A DNA stretch of 64,000 bases from Rebecca billardiae RCC1528. Its lineage: Eukaryota > Protista > Haptophyta. Numbering within the stretch: the first letter of the stretch is position 1; the number at the start of each line of letters is the position of its first letter. Below the pieces are notes generated by a model. It did no database searches. It was not told the DNA's origin and saw only the letters and a list, made by a program, of their open reading frames with translations. Made by a program: the position numbers and the translations under genes. This document shows, in pieces, positions 21,071 to 32,304 of this stretch. The stretch spans positions 310,001 to 374,000 of the forward strand of contig OZ251235.1 in the NCBI GenBank assembly GCA_965240325.2. The letters are read 5' to 3'.

Positions 21071-23521
21071 ATACTGTAAATCATTCGTACTCACGACGCG
21101 GCTCGGACCCGGGTGGCAGGGTGAGTGGCGGCCGCCGGTGGCGCGCCGTCAGCTGACAGCTCGCATGGACCTGCTGTGCCCCAGAGCCAGGGCGAGCGTG
21201 CAGGCTGCCCGGATGTCAGACGACCGTCTCAGCCGCTGGGCCCTGGCGTGTGATCCGGCGGTGATGTAGTCGTCCCCGTGTGGCACCCTGACCCTGGCCC
21301 TGCGCGGCCGCGTGCGCGCTGCCCGGTCATCATCGGTCATTCAATCAATAGTAGTTCTGCTGTGTGCACTGAGTGCCCACGGCCTGGGCGGGTGGCAAAT
21401 TGTCCATGCTGGTGGAGTTATTGTAAACTCGCGCCAGAAAAAAGGAGAGGGGAGGAAAAAGGAGGGGGAGGAGGGAAGGAGGGAGAAGAGAGGGGGAGAA
21501 GAGAGGGAGGAAAAGGAGGATCATCGTAGTCGGTGATAGTGGTCAGTCTGATACAGCTGGGCGCTCGGTCAGGGACATCATGTCTCGGCTACAGACGTGA
21601 CATCCGTCGACTGTAGTGGCTGAATCGGTTACGCCTGCTCGTCGTCGCGCGCTCGGCGCTTCGAAATCACTGTCGTCGTGCCGTGATTGTGACGACAGGC
21701 GACGACAGTGACCCTCCGCCGCAGGCAAAGCGCACGCCGTCAGACCTGGGCTCAGTGAGGCGGTAGCGGTGCGCACACGCCCTGCCGTCACAAACACATG
21801 CCGATGCATTCAATGGGCGTCTGGCTGTTTCACTCATCGACAACTGCTGCCGAGCAAGAGGAGCGCTCGAGTGAGGCGCGTCTAAGGCATGGTATCACGC
21901 CACGCAGTCAGCGGCCAGCGAGCAAGTGGGCGGCACTCCGCCCATCAGCAGCCTCCGCACACGTGTGAGCTGTGGTGGAGCTGTGCAGGTGGTCACGCGA
22001 CAGACGAGAGGAGGCGGCGGAATGCGGGCGAACAGTCGCCTCAGCCGATGCGCACGAAAGCGTGTGTCGGTCAGCGGATGGCTACCTCGTACACACACGG
22101 CACAGTGCACGGCTGCCAACAGCACGTGCCACTGGGTGGGTCGCTCTCACAAAGGACTCAGCGCCGCGAGAGCGAGGAGCGCTGGCCTGACGACGGGGGG
22201 CGCGAGTGCAGGTGCGGTGGACCGGTGCCGCGGCCTGTATGCGACTCCCGATGCAAATGCGCGCGCGCGTGCGCGTAAGGGTGTCGTCCAGCCTCTGCGG
22301 CACTCAGACTCTGGAAGGCTGCTGCGGTGCACACATGTGCCTTCCTCAGCCGCCTCACGCGCCAAGTGGCACGCATCACGGCGGCGAGAGCGTCCGCGAC
22401 GTTGGCGATCGCAGGGCCGACCCCTAGCAGCTTCAGCGCCTCGTCCTCGGTACCGCCCGGAGCCCAAAGCTGCTGAAGCTCTGGGCCGACCACGATCTCA
22501 CACTCACCTACCGTGCAGCAGGGGCCTGCTTTGCGAGCGCGGTCGTACGTGCATGGTCCCTTGCTCCACGGTGTGCTTTCTCTCGCAAATCCGCTGCTGA
22601 TCGCGCCTCTCAGCCATGCGCCCAGCGCCGCCGCGACAAGCTGCGCAGCGCCGCGGCTGTCGGCGCGCGCGAGGGCGGCCGCGACTAGGCACGCGACGGC
22701 AGGCGGTGCGCTGTGCGGCGCGGCGGCGGGCGGCGCGTTCGGCACTGCCGGCGCCACAGAGGCCGCGCGCTCGCAGCTGAGATTGCGGTGCGCGTCTACC
22801 CATCACCCGCGTCGCCGACCGCTGGCGGCAGCGGTGGCCGCCGAGGGCCGCGCGCACTGGCGGCGTAGGTGTGCCGCGCGCCGCCGAGCGTGCACGCGGG
22901 CGCGCGTGTGTGCGTCACGTCGTCGGGAAAGGGCAACGCCACGGCGCCCCGCATCTGCCGCGGCCGGCATGGCGACACGAGATACGGCCGCGTCCCCCGA
23001 AGGTCAGCGGCGCTAACACCGAAGTCAGCAACGTGAGCAGCGCCAACCTCGACGCTGACAAGAGCTGGACTGCTTCGGCTTAGCTGTCAGACGCCACGTG
23101 GGTGGTCAGGCGCGTCCCCTGCCGACACGTGCATATGTGCCAGTGGGAGTGATGCACGCGAGGCCACGGCGTTTAGCGTCGATCGTGCGTTGCCAAACGC
23201 GCCTTGAGGTCGCTCCCCACGCGCGGTCTGTGAGGGTGTTTGAACCCCTCGCCGGGCGCCATCGTCAGCGACCAAGTGCGAGGGCCGGAGGAGGGGAGTC
23301 AACGAGGGCCAAGGGCGTTGTCGCCACGAGGCCTCCGCCAACTCGTGCAACCATTGGCTGAGCCAAAAGATGGCAGTCTGAAGTCCTATGTGAGCCAAAA
23401 GATAGCCCAATAAGTAAAAGTCCTGCCTAGGCCCTTCCGGACAGCCAAAAGAGTCCACCAGCATGCCCTAGTAGCCGGGGCGGGTGGCCAAACGAACGCT
23501 TCCGTGAGTCCGTGCGTCGCG

Positions 23522-25180
23522 ATGAGCGCCAAGCGCACGATCGCGGACCTGAGCGTCGACGATGACGGCGAGGACGGCGAGCAGAATGGTGCCAAGTGCC
23601 GGGCGGTGGCAGCCACGCCCCAAGCCGCGCCGCCGCTACCCGCGTTCCGCCTGCTGCGCGGTCGTGACGAGCCAACCGCAAGCCATCTCGTCACCCTAAG
23701 CGAGCTGACGGCGGGCGACGCATGGGAGTGCGTGATCCTCTCGAACTACCTGATCTGCGAGCACTGGCTCCTGAGCGCGTGCCCGGTGCTCCGCCGGACG
23801 CCCACGGTCGTCATCACAACAGAGCCGCTGTCGCCGTGGCACGAGCGCGTGCAGATCTTCAAGCCGCGGCTATTCGATAAATACGGCGTGAATCACTCCA
23901 AGTTCTTCGTGCTGCTCGCGCCGGCCGGCGTGCGAGTGATCGTGCACACGGCCAACCTGCTCTACCACGACGTGGAGCACATGACGCAGGGCGTGTGGTC
24001 GCAGGACTTCCCGCGAAAGGCGCTCGTGCCCGGCTGCCCGCCCACGTGCGAGTTTGAGGAGAAGCTGGTCGCGTACCTCAACGCGACGGGCTGGGAGGGC
24101 GGCGGGAAGGCGGGAGGTGTCTCGTCCCTGTCGCTGCGCGAGTTCGACTTCTCGCGCGCCGCCGCTCACCTGCTCGGCTCCGTCCCCGGCCGTCACGGCC
24201 GTCACGAGAAGAAGGAGCGCGACTACTGGGGCCACCAGCAGCTCTCAGTCGCTCTGCGGCGCGAGCGGCTGCAGCACGGCACGGCCGCGCTGCCCGCCAG
24301 CGCCGACGACGAGCTCGTGCTGCAGTTCTCCTCGCTCTCCTCCTCCGGCCGCTCGGCCAAACAGCACCTCCTCGACGAGCTCGTCGACTCGATGTGGGGG
24401 CATGCGGGCGGCCGGCCGGGACGCGTGCGCGTGGTCTGGCCGACCGTGGACGAGGTGCGCCTCAGCAAGATTGGGTTCGGCTCAGGCACGTCGATGCCCT
24501 CGGCGAGCAACCACGTCAGCGATGTGCACCGCCGCCAGGTGATGCACCGCTGGGTCTCCGCCGGCGCGGATGGCCCGTCCGCCGCTGGCGCGGCGGGGCA
24601 GCTCGGGCGAGCGCGCACGATGCCGCACATCAAGAGCTACGTGCGCTGGTCCCCGGGCTCAGGCCGCATCGTGTGGGCGGCGCTCACCTCGGCCAACTAC
24701 TCCATGGCCGCGTGGGGCAAGCTCGAGAACAACTCGTCGCAGCTGTACATCAAGAACTTCGAGCTTGGCGTGCTCGTCACGCCCGGCGCGCTGGCACGCG
24801 CCGGCGCTGCCGTGCGCGCCTGGAACTGCCTCGCGCCAGACGCCCGCTGCGCGGTGCCAGCCGTCGTACGAGCAGCAAAGGGCGCTGGCGCCGAGGCGGA
24901 GGAGGCCCCCGATGCAACGGCTGAACCGCCCGCGCTGGTGCCGCTGGGGTCAGCCGCCGGTGCGGCTGTCCAGGGCGGCGTCGTGTCGCTCCCTTTGCCC
25001 TATTGCCTCCCGCCGACACCGTACGCCGCGGGCGATCGACCGTGGTCGGCGAGAGACGACGTGGGGCAGGCGATCGTGTATTCGCCGCCGGATCACCTTG
25101 GCCACACAACGGTCGGGCACATCAAGCTTCATGGCGTTGACAAGGAAGGGCGGGTGGTCGCGCGCGCAACATTGAGCTAA
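23522..25180 (+). CDS. TDP1: Tyrosyl-DNA phosphodiesterase 1
   Basis: Two HKN-type motifs (YGVNHSKF...VHTANL; MPHIKSY...TSANYSMAAWG), TQGVWSQDFP, QFSSL, VWPTVDEVR, NFELGVL, LPYCLPPTPY..DRPW. Confidence 0.95.
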   Translation: MSAKRTIADLSVDDDGEDGEQNGAKCRAVAATPQAAPPLPAFRLLRGRDEPTASHLVTLSELTAGDAWECVILSNYLICEHWLLSACPVLRRTPTVVITTEPLSPWHERVQIFKPRLFDKYGVNHSKFFVLLAPAGVRVIVHTANLLYHDVEHMTQGVWSQDFPRKALVPGCPPTCEFEEKLVAYLNATGWEGGGKAGGVSSLSLREFDFSRAAAHLLGSVPGRHGRHEKKERDYWGHQQLSVALRRERLQHGTAALPASADDELVLQFSSLSSSGRSAKQHLLDELVDSMWGHAGGRPGRVRVVWPTVDEVRLSKIGFGSGTSMPSASNHVSDVHRRQVMHRWVSAGADGPSAAGAAGQLGRARTMPHIKSYVRWSPGSGRIVWAALTSANYSMAAWGKLENNSSQLYIKNFELGVLVTPGALARAGAAVRAWNCLAPDARCAVPAVVRAAKGAGAEAEEAPDATAEPPALVPLGSAAGAAVQGGVVSLPLPYCLPPTPYAAGDRPWSARDDVGQAIVYSPPDHLGHTTVGHIKLHGVDKEGRVVARATLS

Positions 25181-25482
25181 CCATCCTGCGCTATTCATCG
25201 CGTCGAGAGTACTACTGGCCGACAACTTTAACACTCTCAGGCTTCAGCACTACTAGTCTCTTTGTCCGTGTCATGCTCACTCGCGGGCGTCGCTGCGGCT
25301 GCCGGCTGCTGCCGAGTCTTGCTGAGTTGCTGCGCATACGTCTTTGATACGACTATACTTATTAGTAAGCCGTACTATAGCAATAGTAGCTAGCCCGTAC
25401 AGCGTAGCTTGTAAACGCGGCGCGGTTGGCGACCGTGAGTGGTACTGGCAGACACTACTGGTCCCCGGGGTACCCGTCATAA

Positions 25483-25485
<3 letters not shown>

Positions 25486-25526
<41 letters not shown>
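25486..25526. repeat. (TA)n microsatellite
   Basis: Perfect AT run. Confidence 0.95.
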
Positions 25527-25529
<3 letters not shown>

Positions 25530-25960
25530 ATTTCCGGGTATTACAGTGTTATTCACTGTTTATAATAATACTGAATACCGGGCGTCAATCTCGCCTGCCT
25601 GAGCTGTGTGCGCGTCTCTTATTCTTAGTAAACTGTCATATATACAGTACCCCGGGTAGTCCGCGTACGGCGTAGGTGACGGACGTCCGGCGCCGGGCGC
25701 CCGGCCCCGCGGCGCGCGGCACACTGCCACTGGTTGCAGCCACTCACAGAGACTCAGACACTTACACTTACTTGTGAGATAGACAGTTAGTCTGTTAGTA
25801 CTTAGTGTCTAGTGAGTGTGACTGCATAGTCACTTGAGTTACTTAGTCCACTCGGCTTGTGCTGTGGATCCGGATCCGGGCGAGGTCGGGGGTCCAAGTC
25901 CGGGCAAGGGGGTTCCAGTCCGGGCGCGCCTTCCGCCAGCAAACCGCACGGCTTCGAGAG

Positions 25961-28176
25961 ATGGCGCTGTGGACGACCCTGCTGCTGCTCGCGGCCGCCC
26001 CGGGCGACCGCCCGGCGGCCCGTCGCTTGCGCGAGCTCGTGGCGCGCAGCCCCGCGCTGAGCGATCCAGCATCATTCGTGCACTCGCCGCACGCGGCGCA
26101 CGGCGCACGAGCCGTGGCCTCGCGTCCGCACGCCGGTTCGTCGCGCGGGCGGGCGCTCCATGATACGTGCGACATGCCCTTTCAGATCGTGGAGGAGGGC
26201 GAGCGCTGCACCGAGCCGAACGCGGGCGTGGCAGTGCTGGAGTGCAAGGAGCCGCTCAAGTGCATCTACGGGCGGTGCAAGAAGGTGAAGGAGGGCGATC
26301 ACTGCACGACCGACGCGCAGTGCGATGGCACGGGCTCGAACATCGACCTCGTGTGCGTGAAGGGCAAGTGCGGCCACCTGCTCGAGGCGGGTGAGACCTG
26401 CACGGACGACGCGCAGTGCTTCTCGAACAAGTGCGGCACCACTGGCGTGTGCTCCGGGCTGAAGCAGGGAGAGAAGTGCGAGTACCTCGGCGGTGGCGAC
26501 AACGTGCTCAGCTATCAGAACCCGTGTGACAAGGGCCTGCACTGCGCGGTCAAGAACAGCGAGGAGGGCGAGCAGCTGGCGACGTGCGAGCCGCCCGTGT
26601 CGACGGGGGGCGTGTGCTTCGGCTACACGATCCGCACCGACGCCATCGCGCCCGACTGGTTCTACCCCGCCTACGTGTCCGCCGTGTACGCCGCGTGCGA
26701 CGCCGGGCACGTGTGCGAGCTCGTCAAGTTCCACCCGAACGGCGAGAACGGCCAGCCGGACGCGGGGCTGTGGCAGTACCACGGCCTGTGTAGGCGGCTG
26801 CTCGCCACGCCGCCGGGCGAGACGTGCCACTCCGACTCCGTCTGCGCCCCGCCGTACGCGTGCATCCACAGCAAGTGCACCTCGACCGAGCTCACGTGCG
26901 GCGATGCCGCGCTCATCATCGACCCGATGGACACGGACGCGCACGCGGTCGCGCTGCTGCACGGCTGCGCGACGAACGAGCGCTGCTCGTGCCCCGGCGG
27001 CGTGGGCCACTGCTATGCCATTCACGACGAGTGCACGGCCGAGGAGGCCCGGCTCGTCAAGTGCATGGAGCAGCACAAGTGCCCGTGGGTCGACTTTGGG
27101 CAGACGCAGTGCGCGGACGACGCGTGCGAGGATGAGCAGATCGCGTACGAGTGCTGCAAGTACCGGGCGCCGCAGTTCAGCGCGAATGTCGACTGGGCGG
27201 TGCGTGCCCGCGCGCCTGCCCGCCCGCCGTGCCGCGCCGTGCCGCGCCCACCGGCACGCCGCTCGCGCTCACCTGCCGCGCCCGCCTGCCACGCCCGCCA
27301 CGCCCGCCCGCCCGCTGTGCCGTCCTGTCGCGCGGTCGCGCCGGGCGCAGGCGATGAAGTACGTGTTCGACATGGATGTGCACGAGAGCTGCGAGCACAT
27401 CGTCACGGGCATGGTGCACGGCCTCAAGCGCGGCGAGCGCGTGATCCTCGAGCTCAACCACGCGGACGACCTGACGGTGAACAGGGAAGGTGTGCGCCCT
27501 GCTCCTGCGCTGCTCGAGCTCCGCCGCCGCGGCGCGCCGCGACGCCTCCCCTCGCACCACGTGCTGCGACGCGCCCTCACCGGTTCACGCTCCCCTCGCT
27601 CCGGGCTGTGGCGCAGGACCCTTTGAGTTCTCCAAGCACACGCTGCACCACCTGGACCCGTACAACGTGACCGTGACGATGCACCCGGAGCACAAGACGT
27701 GCCGGGTCGAGCACGGCTCTGGGGTGATGCGCGACGATGTGCACAACGTCGTCATCAACTGCGGCTGGGGTGGCGGCAGCGCGAGCGGGGGCGGCGCGGG
27801 CGGCGCGATCGCTGCGGCGATCCTGATCCCGCTCTTCGCGTGCTGCGCGTGCGTGGGTCTGGCGGCGGTGTACATCGGGCGGAACACGGGCGGGGGGCCG
27901 ATGGACGGCCTGAGTGTGCTCGCGCGCGCAGCCGGCGACTTGCCGCGGCACCTGCCGCAAGTGAGCCTGCCGCAGTTCCCGGGCCGCGGTGGCGGAGGCG
28001 GCGGTGGCGGCGGCGACGACATCGGCGTGGGGAACTACACGGGCCTCTTCAGCGGCGGCGGAAGCGGCATGGGTCCGAACCAAGCGGACACGATCGTCGA
28101 GCCGATCATCCCGCAGGCGCAGGTGGTCGACGCAGCAACGGGCCAGCCGGTGCTGCAGGCAACGGCCGTCGCGTGA
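25961..28176 (+). CDS. Cysteine-rich (Dickkopf/EB-like modules) type I membrane protein; exons 25961-27199, 27351-27489, 27617-28176
   Basis: Signal peptide MALWTTLLLLAAA; repeated GxxCxxDxxC modules; two GT-AG introns keep the frame; C-terminal TM AIAAAILIPLFACCACVGLAAVYI. Confidence 0.8.
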
Positions 28177-28911
28177 GACACGCGCACACGTCTCCGCACC
28201 TGCCACCGTCACAGGCGGGCTCTCGCAAGCCGGCATACCGGCCCCGTTCCCGCCAATCCGTGCCGTGCACGACGAGCTGCGTCCATTGACGACGTCGACT
28301 GTCATTCTCGACAAGTGCAAGCACGCTCCCAGATGCCAGGACATCTCGGCGAACACTTCGACGCGCAGCACCTTGGTCGCAGCCACCGTCTGATGCGCAC
28401 GATCACGATCACGCCTCACGGACGGCGTCCTGAGTACCTTGATGATGGCCACATGTCCCTCGCGTGGCAGCTCACATCGCCGGATCCGGTCGGGCGGCTC
28501 GTTGCCCGGCAGTGCAATGGTGCGAATGGTGACGCTGCTCGGACGCTATCCAGTGACCAGTCGGAGTCTCGGAGACCGTGCCGGCTGCCGCTGATGTGCC
28601 GCGCTGCGGCGCGCGCTCGGCACGATTGATCGTCATATCACTCATCACTCGATCATCACAGATCACTCGTACTAGTACTACTCATCAGGTCCGCCGGCCT
28701 GTGCAGCTGAGCACGGCCTCGCGCTCGCAGGCGACACTTCACTGGCTTCCGAGCCACGAAGTTCAGTCCGTCCGGGTCAGTATATCTATGTGATGTATGT
28801 CTAGCCGTCCTCGAAGCGCCTGCGCCAATAACCCCATCACATATATATCATATACGCGACACGACCACTAATATTACTGATAACGGCGGCCGAACGCGCC
28901 CGCCTCGGGCC

Positions 28912-29069
28912 CTCACCTGCTTGCGCCGGTCTGTTTTGTGGCGGTGTCTTTGCATGTGCCGCAGCATCAGTGTTTGATGGCGTAGTCATCAATCGCGGCA
29001 CGCCGTAACCAATAAGTGTGCACGTTAATAGAGAGAGAGAGAGAGAGTCGAGAGAGAGAGTAAACTGTA
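28912..29069 (+). repeat. Dispersed repeat family D (degenerate copy of the MITE right end at 45280-45385)
   Basis: CTCACCTGC.TGCGCCGGTCTG.TTTGTGGCGGTGTCTTTG...AAGTGTGCACGTTAA...AGTAAACTGTA shared. Confidence 0.8.
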
Positions 29070-29186
29070 ATATAGGAAATATTCTGCTCACTTCTGACGC
29101 GACCCGCGACCTAGCTAGCCCTAAGACTTAAGAATAAGTACATGCACGCACAAGTAAGTAACTACTGTAACTATATATATATATAT

Positions 29187-29631
29187 GTATGTACCACCTC
29201 ATCTGCTTCATCGCCCAGAGCGCGCTAGGCGGCGCGCTCACTCTCCAAGCCCCTCTTCTGCAGCTGCGCGCCGCTTGGCCGGCGCGCGGCGACGCGTACT
29301 ACGACCTCATCCTCATCCAGGCGCCCACGCGGGCGCACGGGGGCGACAGCCGCGGCTGCCGCTTGCCGGAGCTGCTCGCCGCTAGGTCGGCGGGCGGCGA
29401 CATCGACTACGACCTCACCCTCATCCAAGTGCTCCGGAAGGCGCTCGGCCGCGGCGGCATCTGCCGTCGCCGCCGCGTGCCCCAGGCCGAGGCGGTGCTC
29501 CATCCCGGCCCCGCTCCCGTAGGGGGGCAGGGCTGCGGGTGGCGCACTGTCTGACCTGGACGGAAGGCGCGGACGCATTCTATGTGTCTGTTGCACTCTG
29601 AGCCTGACGCTTGTCCGATGCTGCCACGTCG

Positions 29632-29633
<2 letters not shown>
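29187..29633 (+). mobile_element. Repeat family A, longer copy, between (TA)n tracts (possible truncated retroposon)
   Basis: 3' ~210 bp matches 10593-10819; flanked by (TA)n at 29172-29186 and 29633-29722. Confidence 0.55.

Positions 29634-29722
<89 letters not shown>
29633..29722. repeat. (TA)n microsatellite
   Basis: Perfect AT run. Confidence 0.95.
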
Positions 29723-29729
<7 letters not shown>

Positions 29730-30026
29730 AAGTACTAAGTAGTCTGCTGATGATATTCGGGCTACTGACTGAGTAGGATAATAAAATTCAGACGACTGAG
29801 TAGGATGAGTAGTCCTGTCCTAAGATTGTCAGGCAAGTCGTGGCATATCGTACATCGCAGTGTCACAGCGTGCGACCGAACTTCGGAGCAGCGCCGCGCG
29901 GAGCCAGCATCACTCTCCAACTCAGGCATGAGCAATCGCTCACGAGTCATGAGTCCGGCGGCTTTCTTTATTAGGCAAAAACAATTGCTGGCCGGCTGTC
30001 GACGCCTGATCGTGCACGATGGCGGC

Positions 30027-31376
30027 ATGGCGGCGACGTGCACGCTGAGTGTTGTCATCATGGCCCAGGCGCTGGCACTAGAACCGCACATGTCGCCAAC
30101 GGACGTGGCGCGGGCCCTCCGTGCTCAGAGTTCCGCGCCGACCGTTGCCATCATTGGTGGCGGGCTCGCCGGCCTCTCGACCGCATACCATCTGTCCACG
30201 GGCTCGCGCCCGGCGATCGCCGTCTTCGATGCTGCTCCACCGGGCAGCGGTGGCGCCTCAGCTGCGTCAGCAGGGCTGCTCCACCCTCTCACGACCCGAG
30301 CTGGGCTCATCTGGCGGGGTGAGCGCTCGTTCGAGTCGGCGTCGGCGCTCGTGCGCAGCACGGAGCGACGTGCTCAGCAGCGCGCGCGCGAGAGTGGGGG
30401 CGCCGCGCCGTCTCTGTGCGCCACGACCGGTATCGTGCGCACCGCGCGCTCGAGCCAGCAGGTGGAAACGTTCACGTCTGCCATGCGGGCCTTCGAGGGA
30501 ACTGCGCTCGACGTGTCTTGGGTCGACACGCCGCGCGTGGCCAACCTCCTCGGCGCGCAGATGGTTCCGTCCGAGTGCGCGGGAGCCGTGTGGTTCCCCG
30601 CTGGGCTGTGCGTGGACACTCCCGCCTACCTCCGCGCGCTGTGGGCGTCGGTGTGCGAGGACGCGCCTGTGGCGGCGTGGTGTCTCGCACACGTCAGCTC
30701 GCTCGATGAGTACGTCGATGCCTTCGACCACGTCGTCGTCGCCGCGGGTGCGGCCTCGGCCGCCATCGCCGGGCTCGAGGACCTTCCATTTGCCCTCTGG
30801 CGCGGGCAGGCCCTGGTGTGGGAGGGTGTGCCGGCCGAGGCGCGGCCCGCGGCTGGCGTGCTTTGCGGGAGCTACGTCGTGCCGCTCGCGGACGGGCGCG
30901 TCATCGGTGGCGCCACGCAGGAGCGCGTCTCCGCGTCGACGTGCACTGAGGACGCCGACGAGCGCAGTGCAGCCGCATTGGCCGAGCTTCGAGCTGAGCT
31001 GCAGGAGCTCTGGCCAGGGATGGCGCGCGCAGGCTCCCCGGCTGCGCGCACGACAGGAGTGCGCGCCGTTCCCCGGCGCTTGCATCTGGGCACTGTGCCG
31101 CTGTGCGGGCGCGTGGAGCTGCCACGCACCGCCACGCCCACCTCTGCTGAGCAGCCGCGGAGTGATGATGCACTCCGCCCCTGCTGGTTTCTGACCGGGC
31201 TCGGCTCGCGCGGGCTCCTTTACCACGCTGAGCTCGGCTGCACCGTTGCCCGCGCACTCGAGCGCGACGACGAGGGCGAGCTCATTCCCGAGACGCGGCG
31301 CTGGCCGAAGCGCGACGACGTCCCGCCGTCAGCGCGTGGCCGTGGCGGTGCCACAAATCCGCTGCCTCCGCGGTAA
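30027..31376 (+). CDS. FAD-dependent oxidoreductase (DAO/MnmC-like family)
   Basis: VAIIGGGLAGLSTAYHL, GGASAASAGLLHP, WRGQ, GGAT, GVRA, TGLGSRGLLYH. Confidence 0.85.
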   Translation: MAATCTLSVVIMAQALALEPHMSPTDVARALRAQSSAPTVAIIGGGLAGLSTAYHLSTGSRPAIAVFDAAPPGSGGASAASAGLLHPLTTRAGLIWRGERSFESASALVRSTERRAQQRARESGGAAPSLCATTGIVRTARSSQQVETFTSAMRAFEGTALDVSWVDTPRVANLLGAQMVPSECAGAVWFPAGLCVDTPAYLRALWASVCEDAPVAAWCLAHVSSLDEYVDAFDHVVVAAGAASAAIAGLEDLPFALWRGQALVWEGVPAEARPAAGVLCGSYVVPLADGRVIGGATQERVSASTCTEDADERSAAALAELRAELQELWPGMARAGSPAARTTGVRAVPRRLHLGTVPLCGRVELPRTATPTSAEQPRSDDALRPCWFLTGLGSRGLLYHAELGCTVARALERDDEGELIPETRRWPKRDDVPPSARGRGGATNPLPPR

Positions 31377-32304
31377 CTAAGCTTGATCTCTTTCTCTGTT
31401 CAGTGACTCAGAACTCGCCACTGGCTGCTTGAACTCCAGAGTCTCCACGGTGTTACACTACCGTACATGATACGCGCCGCCCCGGGACTCTCTGACCGAC
31501 TTGGGAGTCGGCCGAGTCGGCCCATCCGCCCATCGTGGTCGGGGACTCGTCGTCGAGCCGAAGTGTCGCGCGAGATGAGAGATTTGAGGACTCAATGATA
31601 TTGTTTCCGTACGTTCGCGTCTGCCCGTTGTTAAATACCTGTGTAGATAAGCGGTCAGGCATACGGTTTACTATGCTTTCACGTGCGCACTCGGCTCAGG
31701 CACCGATCTGCGCAGCAAGACGCGTTCGTCCGGGCCAGCACTCGGGGAGCCTCATGAGCCTGGGACCGCGCTGCCGCTGGGACAAGGAGGCAGGACAAGG
31801 AGGCAGCAATTCCTTGCGGGACGACGCCCCATCAAGAAGACGTATCAGAGGGTCGGCGTCCCCTCCAAGGACGCCTGTGACGGGCGACCCACCTCCACCG
31901 TCTGCTGGCATGTGCAGCACCCTACGTTGGGCCGCGTGCACGGTCGGCATGTGATCGATCGCTTGCAGTTGGCAAGCAGCGACAAGGAGCGGGGGTTGCG
32001 GACCACCAAGGTGTCCCAAGGCTCTGAGCGTACCCACTGACGACCCGCGCTGGCGGGGCCACCTGCACCGCCACGACGCACGCCAGTGCACGGATTCCCA
32101 CTCGCTTGACCACGCCAGCGCCGGCGCAGCCTGCTGGCCGAAGCGGGCGGGCGCATGAAGTACCCCAGCCGGAGCGGTACCATAGCTAGCGGCGGGCAGA
32201 GAGCACTTGAGCTTGATTCCAAGATTCCCTCCCTCATTCACGGCCACCCGCGCGCGCGGAGTGCGAGTACACGGTCGCCTCGGCCGGTCGCGAGGCGCGT
32301 GTGG

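Noticed and set aside
22158-22980. Possible minus-strand gene divergent from TDP1
   Set aside because: Coding-like patches exist, but I could not build a consistent exon model or recognise a domain.
31696-32247. 183-aa minus-strand ORF
   Set aside because: No motif, weak codon bias, and it overlaps the probable upstream region of the cNMP gene.
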